From: Camelus ferus
Taxonomy: Eukaryota
DNA length: 64,000 nucleotides
Reading direction: 5' to 3'
NCBI RefSeq assembly: GCF_009834535.1
Contig: NC_045696.1
Location: 117,058,001 to 117,122,000, forward strand
The translations under genes and the position numbers were made by a program. This document shows, piece by piece, positions 12,820 to 25,119 of this stretch; position 1 is the stretch's first letter, and each line of letters begins with the position of its first letter. The notes beneath the pieces were generated by a model. That model made no database searches. It was not told the DNA's origin and was given only the letters and a program-made list of their open reading frames with translations.

Positions 12820-13006
12820 TGAATATATCCTAACTGAAATATTAGCAAGTCAATTCCAACAATGTACAGCAAAGATACATCACAACCAAGTTAAGTTCAT
12901 CCTGGGTGTACAAACTACATTTAAATTAGAGAATCAATGACAGTATTTTACAACATTAATGGATAAAAGTATAAGGAACCCAGGGATAAATCTAACAAAG
13001 GATGCA
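12820..13006 (+). mobile_element. Old L1 ORF2 fragment (inverted continuation of 10650-12231)
   Basis: atcctaactgaaatattagcaagtcaattccaacaatg...cagggataaatctaacaaaggatgca. Confidence 0.7.
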
Positions 13007-13268
13007 CAATGAAATATCACCTCACAGCTGTCAGAATGATTATCAGAAAGGCAACAAATTACAAATGTTGGTGAGGACGTGAAGAAAAGGGAACTCTCCT
13101 GCACTGTCACTGAGAATGTAAATTGGTGCAGCCACCATGAGAAAGTATAGTGGTCCCTCAAAAATTAAAAATAGAACTACCATATGATCCAGCAATTTCA
13201 CTTCTGAGTACTTACCCAAAGAAAATAAAAGCATGAATCTGAAAAGATATGCATTCCAATTTTCATTG
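13007..13268 (+). mobile_element. Younger L1 ORF2 C-terminal fragment
   Basis: caatgaaatatcacctcacagctgtcagaatg...aaaaatagaactaccatatgatccagcaatttcacttctg. Confidence 0.9.
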
Positions 13269-13510
13269 TGAATGTCTTCTCCCAATTTGTGTCTTGCTTT
13301 TCACTCCCTATATGATGAACAGAAACACTTAACTTTCATAAAGTCTAATTTATCACTCTTTTCTAGTTAAGGCTTTTGGTATAGAAATCTTTGTCTACTC
13401 TGAGTTTATAAAGATACCCTGTTCTATTTTCCTCTGGAAACTTTGTTGTTATATCTTCCACATTTTCGACTCTGATCCGTGTCAAATTAATTTTTGTTTA
13501 TGCTGCCAGG
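13269..13510 (-). mobile_element. Old L1 fragment
   Basis: gaatgtcttctccca...gatgaacagaa...gtctaatttatca. Confidence 0.65.
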
Positions 13511-13863
13511 TTTGGTGTAACATATTGTGTCATTCTAAGGATTCAGTGTGTGTGTGTATAAATATGTGTGTATGTTTTATTTAGAAAAGTGCCTGACAAT
13601 CACTGCTATCTGAATGTTAACATTATTACCATTATTGTTTGCTATTTCTAACATATTTATTAATTCCCTAATGATGTTTTAATCTTTATTTTCTTAACTC
13701 CATAATATTTCTTAGACCTTATATGGTTTCATTATTTAATATCTGAGTTCTTGTTTTACTTAATTCTTGCTCATTTTAAGTTCTGCTATGATATAAAGCC
13801 CTTTCAGGGATTATCTTTCAGTCTTTTAATTTGCCTTCTTGCTTGTTTCCAGACCAGATTCTT

Positions 13864-14042
13864 TTTTAAAATAAATTCTATTAAAGTATAGTTGATTTAT
13901 AGTTGTGCTTAGTTTCTGATGTACAGCAAAATGATTCAGTTATACATACACATATATATATTCTTTTTCATGTTCTTTCCCATCATGGTTTATTACAGGA
14001 TATTGAATATAGTTCAATAGTCTGTGCTATACCATAGGACAT
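13864..14042 (-). mobile_element. Short L1 3'-terminal insertion with TSD
   Basis: aagtatagttgattta...caggatattgaatatagtt; flanked by accagattctt at 13853-13863 and 14043-14053. Confidence 0.85.
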
Positions 14043-14073
14043 ACCAGATTCTTAATCTACCTTTTAAAAGGAT

Positions 14074-14218
14074 TTCTCCTTCCATTCTTTTTTCTCTCTT
14101 TTCTTCTTTTTCCTTCTTCCTTCCTCTTTCTCCCTTCTTTCCTCCCTCCTCCCTCCCTTTCTTCCTCCTCTACTTCCTTCTTCTCCTTTTCTCTCTCTCT
14201 CTCTGTCTCTCTCTCTCT
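14074..14218. repeat. Pyrimidine-rich (CT/CTT) low-complexity tract
   Basis: Almost pure C/T over ~145 bp, ending in (CT)n. Confidence 0.9.
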
Positions 14219-14989
14219 AATATTTACCACACCATGTCCTCTCACACTTTTCTCATGATACTGTGGTAATATTCCTCCAGACACTCTATTTCATTTACTA
14301 TACTGTGAATAGTGTGTATTTCCCCTTGAAAATAGGCAACATTGCTCTTTCTTTTGTATTGTGTTGAAAATCTTATATTTGGGTTCATTCCTTATAGACA
14401 GCACTGTTACCCACTTCCGTGGGAAGATACGTAATTATATATTTTGAGAGGTCTCACTTCTCTATCTTGACTCAAGAATTCAGCCACATCTGCATCTGTG
14501 TCATTAACTCTGAGTCTTTGACCTTTCCTGAATTTTCATTGATAAAGCACATCAACTATGGGCAAGTTTTTTCTTATCTTTTAAAAAACCTGTCATTTAC
14601 ATTTTATTTTGGATCATATCTTTAAAGTGGAAATTTAGCCCTGTCAACAAAGTAATGCAATTCAGCATTTAATATTATTATTATTATTATTATTATATAA
14701 TGCAATTAACATTTGTAAAATATTTTATAAATAATTTCCAAAGCCTTTTCATAACTAAACATTTTTGCATTAAATTTGCTTTCTAAATTTCAAAATAGAA
14801 CTTTTACTTATATTGTCACAGTCCTCAAATATTGTAAGTAGCTCACTTAGAAAAAGAAACATTTTTTATTTAAAAATATATGTGGGATGCCTTCGATTGC
14901 AATTAAAAGAGCAAATACAATAAGGTTATTTTATACTTCAGGATATTACATTACAGTTAAAAAAAAAGGGGGAACTAAAATTTTAGTTG

Positions 14990-15185
14990 TAGGTTGGGCT
15001 TTAAGCTTGAACTTTGTTGCTTACTAAATAAAAGCTTTTCAACAGGAGTTTCTCTGGATGTCAGGTTCTGCATTTGGAAAATGAGGATAAAAATAACCAC
15101 CCAAGTTAGCTCATGAATTGTCATAAGAATCAAACTGGATAATATATAAAATTCCCTGTAAACAGACATTGGTATGCTCATTAAG
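14990..15185 (+). mobile_element. MIR fragment
   Basis: catttggaaaatgaggataaaaataacc...aattgtcataagaatcaaa. Confidence 0.6.
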
Positions 15186-15984
15186 GTTGTTCATTTTCTC
15201 AACACTGAACTAAGAACTCCAGAAACTCCTAGAAAAGTTTGATAGTTGGGTTTTTGAAAACAATTTGAAACCAGCAAAGAGGTCACAGCTTGGCCCAATG
15301 TCACTTCGTCTCAGGCTCAGGTGGAGGTGGGGGAGGGTCACTCTCAACAATGACACCCTCTGTTCTCCCCAACTTCATTTTTATAGACAATTAAGAAAGA
15401 AAAGAGAAATAAGTAAAAGAGCTGACCATTCTTATAGATTAGCCAAAAACAAAAACAAAAACCAAAACAAAAATTAAAACAAAAAACCGTGCAGGGGCAC
15501 TATGTTCCACAGGATGTCCATTATTGTCACAAAATGACTCATTATGTAACAAAAGCCCAGGCATTTGACTGATCTTTTCTTTCAAAGGAGAAGTGACTGA
15601 TACCAGGACTTATGTACTAAACAAACTAAGACCCATCAGGTGAAACGGAACTGTTTTATTCTTCATTATCTCTGTATGAGTCACATTATTTCATTTGGTG
15701 CTGTTTTCCCGTTACTGCTCACTAATTTGTTATGGTGGTGGTTGTTGTTAAGGCAATTAATGTAAACAAACAAAGGTATCCAGGGGTCCGGCAGGGTCTG
15801 AGACGACCAGCCTTGGACCCAGACTGTTGCAAGTCAAATGCAATTCAATGCACTCACGATGGTAAGTTCCTGCCTTTGTCCGGCAAAGTCCTGGGATGGC
15901 ACCAAACCTGGGCTCCGTGTCCTCGTTCCTAGTTTTCATTTCCCTACGACTTCCTGCCAGAAAGCTTGGGTTATTGAGTGAAGA

Positions 15985-16225
15985 GATAGTGCTTCAGAGC
16001 CCTGGCACAGAATCTAAGCTGTAAGTGGTTTCAAATCCCACCTCTTCATCATTTAGTGATCGTAGGTAGGTCACCTAATCTCTTCTGACCTCAGTTTCCT
16101 CATCTCTAAAATGGAGCTATTGACAGTACCTGCTTCTTAGAATCGCTGAGAATGTTACAGAAACTAATTTATGAGGGTATATATCAAACTGTGACACGTA
16201 ATAAGTGCTCCTTAATATTAGGTTG
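15985..16225 (+). mobile_element. MIR, near full length
   Basis: ggtttcaaatccca...cctcagtttcctcatctctaaaatggag...gtaataagtgctc. Confidence 0.8.
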
Positions 16226-16844
16226 TTCTAGAATTTAAATTCAAGTGACTCCCTAAGCTCATAGTATTTTTGCTTTGAAAAAATGCCTGAAATTTTAGCT
16301 AGCTGACTTCCCTGATTCCTAATAAAACAGGACTCTCCACCACAAACAGGACTGTTTATTTTTCCTTTGGCTTCAGTGCCTTTTAAAATTCATCCAGGTT
16401 GAAATCTAAAGCAAAACCAAACACAATTAGCGATGGTGGCTACGTCCTTGCTAAAAATAAAGACTTACCTCACTCTTAGAGTCAAGCTGGAGTTTCCTGT
16501 GGAGACCAGATGCTGAAAACCTGCTGGGAGAACAGTGTGAAATGAAATCGACAGAAAATGCCAAAAGAGTCATATTCTGGAAATGTTATTTTTTCAACAC
16601 AAAACCCACCTACTCGCCTCTCCCCACAGCCTCTGGCTGTGACCACTTAAATCTCAGGACATGTTGGTACAGCAGCAAGGAAGCAAAATCTGGACTCTGA
16701 GGTGAAGGAGGGTAACAAGCCTAAGGGGAGTTTAATTCTCTCCCCTCTCCTTTTAATCACACTTTTGTTTTCATTTTATGCAATCTGTCTGGGTCTGGAG
16801 CAGGGGGCGTGTGAATAAAGCAGGCATGTGCCAGTAGCAGTTTC

Positions 16845-17041
16845 CAGTGGTTCTCAAAGTGTGGTCCCCGGACCAGTGACATCAGCATCACCTGGAAATT
16901 TGTTTGAAAGGCAGATGCTTGTCTCCACCGGAGATGTGCTGACTCAGGAACTCTGGCTGCGGCCCTTGGAGATCAGCGTTCTAACAGTTCCTCCTCCAGG
17001 ATTCCTCCAGGATTCGAATCTGTGTTGAATTTGAGAATCAG
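16845..17041. mobile_element. MER5A hAT-Charlie element
   Basis: TIRs cagtggttctcaaa / tttgagaatcag; body catcagcatcacctggaaatttgtt. Confidence 0.85.
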
Positions 17042-17322
17042 GAGCAGGAAGTGGGAGGGGCTAGTCTCCTGTTCTGGCTCTGTATTTTTTTTTTTTTCCC
17101 TGTATGAACTTGAGATCAACCTGATAACCTGCTTGGAGCCTGAGTCCTCCTTTTGCAAAAGATAAATGGAGGTAATGCTGTGGCCAGGAGATAACATGTG
17201 AGAGCACTTCCTAAATGATGATGTGGTCTAGACTTGTAGCCCTTATTCCAGACTTTCTTTGATATGGACACAAGAGAAGTGTGTCAGAAGATAAACTTAA
17301 AACATAGAGAAAAAATTTCTAA

Positions 17323-17326
<4 letters not shown>

Positions 17327-17358
<32 letters not shown>
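17327..17358. repeat. (TA)n microsatellite followed by A-rich tract
   Basis: Direct reading. Confidence 0.95.
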
Positions 17359-17364
<6 letters not shown>

Positions 17365-18926
17365 AAAAAAAGAAAGAAAAAATAGCAACAGAATTGTTTT
17401 CCGAGTTTGGGGCCGCCTTTCATGGACAAGCCAGACTAGACCAATCAGAGCAGCTGACAGGAGCAATGTCCTGGTAGGTGGAAGGCAATCCTATAATTGT
17501 GCCAAGGTAGGGGTTCCCTTGGAGGGAAGTGAACAGTGGTGACCCCTCACTTCCTTTGCATTTCATTGTATACCTTTAACCCACCTCAGATTGTCTCTTT
17601 CTGTGTTGGAGCGAGGGTGAGAGATGGCTTGAGTTACCCCTAAGAGTGTGGAGTCACAGTCAAGAAAAGTTAGCTTGAGGAAGATACCTTCATATAATTA
17701 CAGCTGGTGGAAGGAAAGCCTCCTGGTTTAGACTCCAGTAAAATATATTCTTTCTGAGTTTAAGAAAATACATTAGCATCTTCCTGAATCTGACTGAGCA
17801 GATTCAAGCTCATTCTCTCATCATTCAAAAAGGAAGCAATTTTCCAGTGACAATAGGACTATTAGATATAGAAGCTGAAAATGAGAATAATGTGTAGCTC
17901 ACTGAACCAATTTTCAAATTAGGATTCTTTCTCAGTATCCATCAAATTGGTGATGCCGCCTGTTTCTGTATGTTTCTTACAAGTTACTTATGTGTGTCAC
18001 TGGATTTTTATTGAGATATTTAAAATATAATATCTGCATGTGAAAAGTCTTTGCTCCACAGTGGTATTTTCAAAGTCATAAGTGACCATGAACTAAAGCT
18101 ATCTTTCATACACTAAAAATGCTGCTTGTAAGAATTGCTAGTGACATCTTTTTCCTTTCAAAGGTCTTTCTTCCATTAAGGTACCATTTCATACAGAAGA
18201 CACTTATTTCAAAGCAATGGGAAATTAAATTTTCAAGTCCCCAATATTAAGCTACATTTTCTTTATGGATAAATTACGCATGGGAACTATAGCCCAAGGA
18301 GGGGTATAACATGACTATAAAAGAGCTGAGTTGTTGTGTATTTTCCATTTTATGCGAAAGCTCCTTTCAGATGATGGGGGCATCTGGTCCTGTGTCATCT
18401 ACCAAGTCAACACTAACACAGGAAGAACCCAGTGAATGACATCTCTCTGGCATACTTGGGACTGTCACTTAGAAAACAAAGCTGCAGAAAAACTGGCTTT
18501 GCTTAAGCCGTGTATCAGCCCCTCCTCCAAAGCAGAGGCAGAAATCATTACAGAAACCTCTACAGCTTTAGATACTAGGCTTAGCACCCCCTGCTGCCAC
18601 CAAAACCTGGGGAGGACTCAGGCATAAGCCCAATGCTGGGCATTTTATGAAGTCTCCACTGCCTTGAATCATGTTTCCCTCCAGGCTTCCTCTGGGGGTG
18701 GGTAGCCCCCACCTTGGACAGCTGTCACCCAATCATTGTGAAGATGGAAAGCACCTCTTTGGTGGAATTTATCAGGATGACCTCCACTTTGGTCTCTGAC
18801 TTGGCTGTCATACCTGAAGTCCCCTGTCTGCCTGCATCTCTTGAACAGAAATTCTTTCTACTCTATCCTAGTCCTCGTCTTTCACAAGTATGGGCAAAGT
18901 TTGGCTTTCAAACACAGTCTTATTAA

Positions 18927-19087
18927 GGGGGAGGGTATAGCTCAGTGGAAAAGTGCCTGCCTAGCATGCTCAAGGTCCTGGGTTCAATCCCCAGCATCTC
19001 CATTAAATAAATAAAGAAACCTAATTACCCCCTACCACCGAAAAAAAGAAAAGAAAAATTGGGTTGTCTTTAAAAAAACAAAAGAAC
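18927..19087 (+). mobile_element. tRNA-Ala-derived camelid SINE (vic-1 type), long form
   Basis: gggggagggtatagctcagtgg...ggttcaatcccc (A/B boxes), cctaattacc module, A-tail; TSD caaacacagtcttatt / caaacacattcttact. Confidence 0.9.
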
Positions 19088-20625
19088 CAAACACATTCTT
19101 ACTCAAATTGTCAGAGACCTGGAAATCGTCTTTGCTAGGTTAAGTGGTTTCGGTCCTGGAGAGCAGGCTGTTCTTCCAAGTACCCGCACATAACAAGGCC
19201 GAGGTGCTGACACTGTCTTACTGTCTTGGGAGCCATAGTTGCCCCAGGCAGCTCCGGGGATCAAGGAGTTATAGGTAGTCAGTTGCCCTTAACAGAGCAG
19301 ATTTTATCACAATTTGCCTCATCTTCTGGCTTAGTCACTAGAGAGTACTAAGGGGAGGCTGACTTTTAAAACTGAGAAAACATCTGGGCATTCATTTCTG
19401 ACTGTAATCAGTAGGAGTACACTGGACACCAGTGCAAGAGAAGTGAATTTGAATCCTGGCTGAGGAATTCACCATATGCTCTTAAACAAGACCCCCAACT
19501 TCTCTGCATCTATTTCTTCAACTCAAAAGGTTCTGAGTTGAATGCTCTAACTTACACAACAGCATACAGGGAGGAGCTTGACATGTTGTTGTAAATCTTT
19601 AAATGTAACTTCAGTCTGTATATAGTGCTTTCCTGTGGTTTTAAGTTATCTGCTGGATAATGAGTGAGGAATTCCTTGCTTTGTAACATGTTAACTGTAT
19701 CTTGACTATGGCCCTTATATAGTAACTGACACAGGGATATGCACTGTATTTTTGCTAAAGGAAGGAGGGGAGGAAGAAAGAGAAGAAAGAAGGAAAGACA
19801 GACAGACAGACATAAGCATGAAAAGATTAAAAAGTCTATAATTATGTGAGTTGCATATATGTTGTACATAGATTAAGACTTTGCTGTATCTCTTTGACGT
19901 TTGATGATGCTTTTTCAGAATCACTGGTCTTTATTACACACTATACAAAACACTCACCTAGACAGTGCCCCACCATCGCCCCCGCCCAATGCAGGGTTTT
20001 ACAGACAGCTTTTTGTTTTCATCTCCAGGAAGGTCATCATAAAGCTGTGCTGTCCTCCTGAATCTGTGTCATGCCGTAATTACCGCTTTGTGAGCAGACA
20101 GTTGGAGCAAGACAACCTGAAACATCAGGAGACATCTGACCTGGGAGAGCTGATGAAAACTGTAGGAAGCCAACCGAAAACGAAAACATCCTTTTCAGGC
20201 TCCAGTCTCGAAGCTGTTTGTAGCCCAATTGTTTGAACAGTTTGCACCGCTCAGTCTATTTCCCACAAGCACATACGTGGTGGTCGGTTCCCAAGCCAAC
20301 CCGCAAAAGCCTTTTTAGTGACTAATTTGCCTGAAGTGGTCTCTGTGTCTATAAAACAATGTGGTCAAGATTTCCCTGCAAGAAGGCAGGGAGATGTCTG
20401 CCTCTCTGGGCTCCGTGAGATAGGACATTCCTCTCTCCCTTCTAATGCCATCAGCTTCTCTCCAGCAGGGACCAGGACATGCTACCTGGGGAATTTTGAT
20501 ATAGAACGTTGGCCTTGAACTGAGTTTAACAGGGATAAATATTAGCTGAGGCATTTCTGGGATAAGGAAAAAGATAGATGTTAAGTGACTAAAGAACCAA
20601 ATAGAATAATATTGAGACTATTAAC

Positions 20626-20970
20626 TTTTTTTAAACTGAAGTATAGTCAGTTACAATGTGTCAATTTCTAGTGTACAACACAATGTCCCAGTCATGTACA
20701 TACATACATACATGAATTTTCAAATTTTTTCATTTTAGGTTATTACAAGATATTGAATATAATCCTCTGCGCTACACAGAAGAAATTTGTTTTTAAAAAA
20801 TCTATTTTATACAGAGTGGCTAACAGTTGCAAATCTCCAACTCCCAAATTTATCCCTTCCCACCCCTTCCCCTGGGGTTGTAAACAAATGAGATTGTTTA
20901 CTATGTCTGTGAGTCTGTTTCTTTTGTAGGTGAGTTCATTAGTGTCCTCTTTTTTTTCCTTTTTTAAAAA
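20626..20970 (-). mobile_element. Short L1 3'-terminal insertion with TSD
   Basis: ctgaagtatagtcagttacaatg...tgtctgtgagtctgtttc; TSD gactattaac (20616-20625) / gattattaac (20971-20980). Confidence 0.85.
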
Positions 20971-21482
20971 GATTATTAACATTTTATTCACCCCCTAAAT
21001 CTCATGTTTTAGAGGAAAAAATGGAGGTTTTGAAGAAAAAATTATGCACACATACACACACGCAAGGCTTATTAGCAATATTTTATCTTATAATCATATA
21101 ATTATATGTGGTTACAAATTAATCATGTAATTTAAGAGCTACAAGAAGTCAGGTACTTCAGTGTGTAATTATAGATATTTTTTCTGAGGGGTCTCCAAAG
21201 AAGCTTCTCCTGATGATTCCAACTTTTCGAGGAGCAGAAAGCAACAAATTCTCTCTAGGACGACTTCTATTGACACCTATTGCGCCGTTGAGCGAAGGAC
21301 AGTTCTCTCACCTCCATGTTAGTCTTTTCGTCCACAAATCTTGGGATCTAATCCTGAAATCAGAGAAGTAGATTCGTTGTTAGCCCTTATTTGCATCTTC
21401 TTAACCGTTCCACTATTTCCAAAAAGGAACCGGTCTCCCATTAGTTCTCAGACTGGTCTTAGGTTGGAGGGTCATGTGGCAA

Positions 21483-21501
21483 CGCTGCCATCTAGTGGAA
21501 A
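21483..21501 (-). promoter_or_regulatory. CTCF motif (reverse)
   Basis: Minus strand TTTCCACTAGATGGCAGCG, an exact match to the core CCACYAGRKGGCAG, in unique DNA. Confidence 0.6.
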
Positions 21502-22129
21502 GTAGACTTCATTACATCTGAAAAAAGAAATGAGTGGAATTGCTGTACGCATGCTTGCCAACACACAGCTGCTATTAGCAATGTTAGGGCGGTTTTCTCG
21601 TGCTTTTAAGACGTAAACAGGTCAAAATTCACTAGCAGAATTCCTATTTTAATCACATTTTACTGTGACTAAAAGTATCTCTAAACTGCGGCCCTCACAT
21701 TTAGGATACTTGGCAGGATCTTAGGAAAATACACAAGTGGATCCTTGGGTTCCGATTTGCGGGAAAATCAGAATTGCTGAAATTAGACCACGTGTACAAA
21801 GATGAGACTCATCAGAAAGTTTCTTGCTTTACTGCTCATTTTCAAACAAATTAAAACAGTTTGTCTAAAAAATGTTAGTGTCCTTAGCTTCCTGACAGCT
21901 TGACAAGGTAGAAGTGAATTCATGCCAAGGCTTTCGCAGAGAGAGTTTTAGCTAAGAGACAGCACAAGATGGTGGTAAAGGCGTGGGTTCTTCATTTGGC
22001 TTCAATATCTCCGTTGTTTTCCCTAAGATAATCTGCTTTTTAAGCACAAACAGTATGTCAGCTAATTTTTTTCATATATGTATTAGCTATTGTAGTTGGC
22101 CGTATAACTTTTATTTAAAAAAAAAAAAA

Positions 22130-22285
22130 AGAAAGAGTATGGGTTCTTAGAACCAGACTTCTTGGGTTTGAATCCTGGCTCTTCTACTTGGCAGCTGTGT
22201 AGACTGTGAGAGTGTTATTTAATGTCTACATGCCTCAGTGTCTCTATCTGTATATACGACTAACATTACTGTGAGAGTTACAACA
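22130..22285 (+). mobile_element. MIR fragment
   Basis: agaaccagacttcttgggtttgaatcctggctc...gcagctgtgt...tgcctcagtgtctctatctgta. Confidence 0.75.
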
Positions 22286-23399
22286 CACAAAGAAAGCTAG
22301 TTCACTGTTTTTTTTTTTTAAATTATATATTGTGTCCTTGATTGAATAACCATGGATAGCCAGCATTTGAGTTTTAGAGTCTGAACCATTTTATTCGTAA
22401 TCACACATTTAACAGGTAATAAGGAAGGAAGCCTAAAACCTACCCTCATGTTTGTTTTTCTTCTCTAAACGTCAGTCAGAGGAGATGGCCTTGCTTTTCT
22501 GTGCTGAAAAAAATGCATTTCGAGGTTCAGTGCAGTAAAACAGCCAAAAAAAAGTTAAGGGGGAAGATCTCTGCAAGCATGAATGTTATCAGAGTTTCTC
22601 AAACAGTAGGAGAAAAGCCAACTGGGTTGCAATGAAAAGGTGTCTGCTTTTACAGTTTAGCTCTCTCTCCACCCTTTACTGAATTATATTTGAGGAATCA
22701 AAAAGAAGTGAAATGTCATATCTCAACTGCCTAAGTAATTGAAAAAAATAAAACAGAAATCCATGGGAAAAAAAATGAAATAGAAGCCCATTTCATGATA
22801 CAAAAAGAAATCGTAGAATTTAGAGATAAGATATACTGAAACCCAAGGAAGTAATAAAGTTACTTCTAATAAAGTGGTGAAGTCCAACTCCGGTGTCCCT
22901 TTCCCATAGCTAAGGCTGACTTCAGCAGACAAAACAAAGGGTCACTAAAATGACATTTTAATTGGTAACTGGCTCTTTTAGTAAACATTGATCAAGCCAA
23001 TCCCTTAAAACATGTGTAATTTGGAGAAATCTCCCCACCTTTGCAAACAGGGTTTACTCATATGCCCACATGACCCCTGCCCCTCTGGGCAGGAGCAGGA
23101 GACAATATTTATTGGGGATGAGAAGAGAGACTTGGTTCAGGTAAATTACCCTTGCATCTTGGAGGACTGAGCCAGAACTGAAAGCAAGAAGCCCATCAAT
23201 GTCCTAGAGAAATGATCCCTAAGGGTGCAAATATTTCCTAATGTGGACGCAGGAGGAAGCTCCCATGAGCCTCGGAGATCGGAGAGCAGGAACACTGAAG
23301 AGCAGAACTGACAATCCAGTGACCACCTCTTCACTCTTGCTCCTGTGAGAGCCTGTCCTTCAAACAACCATCCAGACGTCTACCAGACAACCATCAGCT

Positions 23400-24020
23400 G
23401 TAGCCGACACCTTTCTTCGGAGCTCTCCACAGCCTTCCCTTGGCCCTGTCTGACTTCAGCAGCAGCCGTGGTGGACAGCTCCTCTGCAGGCGGATGGCGT
23501 CACACCTGGACCCACAGCAGTTCTTACTCAACGCTTTCTCTAGAGCTGAGGGAGCTTTCCGCAGGGGACACCACTACACAGTGGGAGATTGGGATCACTA
23601 ACAAAAATGCCCCAGGCACCCATTCTTTGGTGGGGCAATTCTGAGGGGCATTCTGCAAGGTTTCTCAGTCTTCAGTGGGACTGAGTCCCACTTGCCCACA
23701 GCAATAACCAGCTCAAACAACAGACACTTTATTATTACTATTTTTGTTTTTTGATGGGGAGGTAATTGGGTTTCTTTATTTATATGTTTTTAATGGAGGT
23801 ACTGGGGATTGAAACCAGGACCTTGTGCATGCTAAGCAGGTGCTCTACCACTAAGCTATACACGCCACCTTCTCCAAACCTTTTCAAGCTCCTTTTTTGC
23901 TTCATTCTCCTTGTTTCTTTCTTGCTTCCTGGGATAACCTCCCTATCACCCATCCCCCTCCAAGTCTGCTGGCACTTAAATCTCAGGCTCTGCTTGCACA
24001 GGAACCCAACCTGAAGACCC
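23400..24020 (+). mobile_element. LTR16C-like ERVL LTR, interrupted by a SINE
   Basis: gggcaattctgaggggcattctg...cttgcccacagcaataaccagctc...cttcctgggataacctccc...aggctctgctt...ggaacccaacctgaagac. Confidence 0.7.
23728..23870 (-). mobile_element. tRNA-Ala-derived camelid SINE (vic-1 type), long form
   Basis: ggaggtaatt...ggaggtactggggattgaaaccaggacc...ctctaccactaagctata. Confidence 0.9.
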
Positions 24021-24666
24021 CATATTCTGGTTTGGATAATATCCGGCTTCTCCTTTTCGGTTCATTCTTCATTGGCCAGGGGGATGCATTCAAGAATCAC
24101 CATTAACTTGCCCTGGCTTCCCTGCAGGGAAACTTCAGCCATTGGGAAGGGGGAAAACAAAAGCGTGTGTCTAGTAGCACTGACCATATTCCCTTGCAAA
24201 GCTACAAATGCCTTTTTCAGGTTGGAAGCAAAGGCTGGAGGGAGTTGACGAGGAAGCCAGCTCTCATCTCTGCAGAGCGCTCCCCTGGGGTTGGGAAGGC
24301 CTCCAGGGCTGCCTGCCTACTACAGAGGCTTGGCGTCCGTCTCCGCGTGCCTGCACCTTGGGTGGCTTCTCTGAATGACTTCATCCTCTCTGGAACATGG
24401 GGGAAATATCCTGCTGTAGCATGTCTCCTCACACATCTAGTCTGCGGTTGTTGCAGCCCAGCCAAACATCTCCTTGTGCAACCAAGAGCAAAACTTTGCT
24501 CTTTAAGATACTCTGAAGCCTGGTTAGTGAGGGTAAAACTTTGGTACTAGTCACCCACAGTATCCCTTGTGCATTCAGACAGGCAAAACAGCATAAGGGA
24601 AAAGGCACATGCTTAGAGTCAGATAGGTTTTCTGAATTGGAAGGCAAGCTTCATCATTAACACGTT

Positions 24667-25048
24667 GTAGCTGGCACCTACAGGCCACCCAGAATTCACT
24701 TCAAGAATGAGGGTTGTTTTCTTGCAATGCCTGGGAGTCTCCAGATATTTCTCTCAGTAATCTTCTGCCCAGCGTCACACCTCTTCCAAAAGCAACTGAC
24801 CATATCATCCAACAGCTGGCTGACAGGCATAGGTAAGACCTGGCCGCTCAGCTCAAGTCAGGACAACAACCTTCTGGGCTGGCTGAGGCCTCTGTCGAAT
24901 TCCCATCCCAGCTTACCTTCTTCCTTAGCCCAATCCTCCTTCCTTCCCTCCCCTTCTATAGGTATTGATCCAGAGATTATGCCCTAATTAACTGCCAGCA
25001 CGCTAACTCCATCTCAGAAAATGCGTTCTAGACACCCGGCCAATAGCA
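24667..25048 (+). mobile_element. LTR16A-like ERVL LTR
   Basis: tgtagc start; agctcaagtcaggacaac, cttagcccaatcctccttcctt, ggtattgatcc, gcacgctaactccatctcaga. Confidence 0.7.
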
Positions 25049-25119
25049 CCACACGACTGAGGCTTGATGAAGGCAGGTGAGGTCTTTGGGAAACTAACAA
25101 TGCAGCTCTATTCAAAAAA

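Noticed and set aside
14057..14284. E/R/K-rich ORF
   Set aside because: Translation of the CT-rich simple repeat
17430..17515. Promoter (CCAAT box gaccaatcag plus ctataat)
   Set aside because: Short motifs only, no CpG island and no downstream gene evidence
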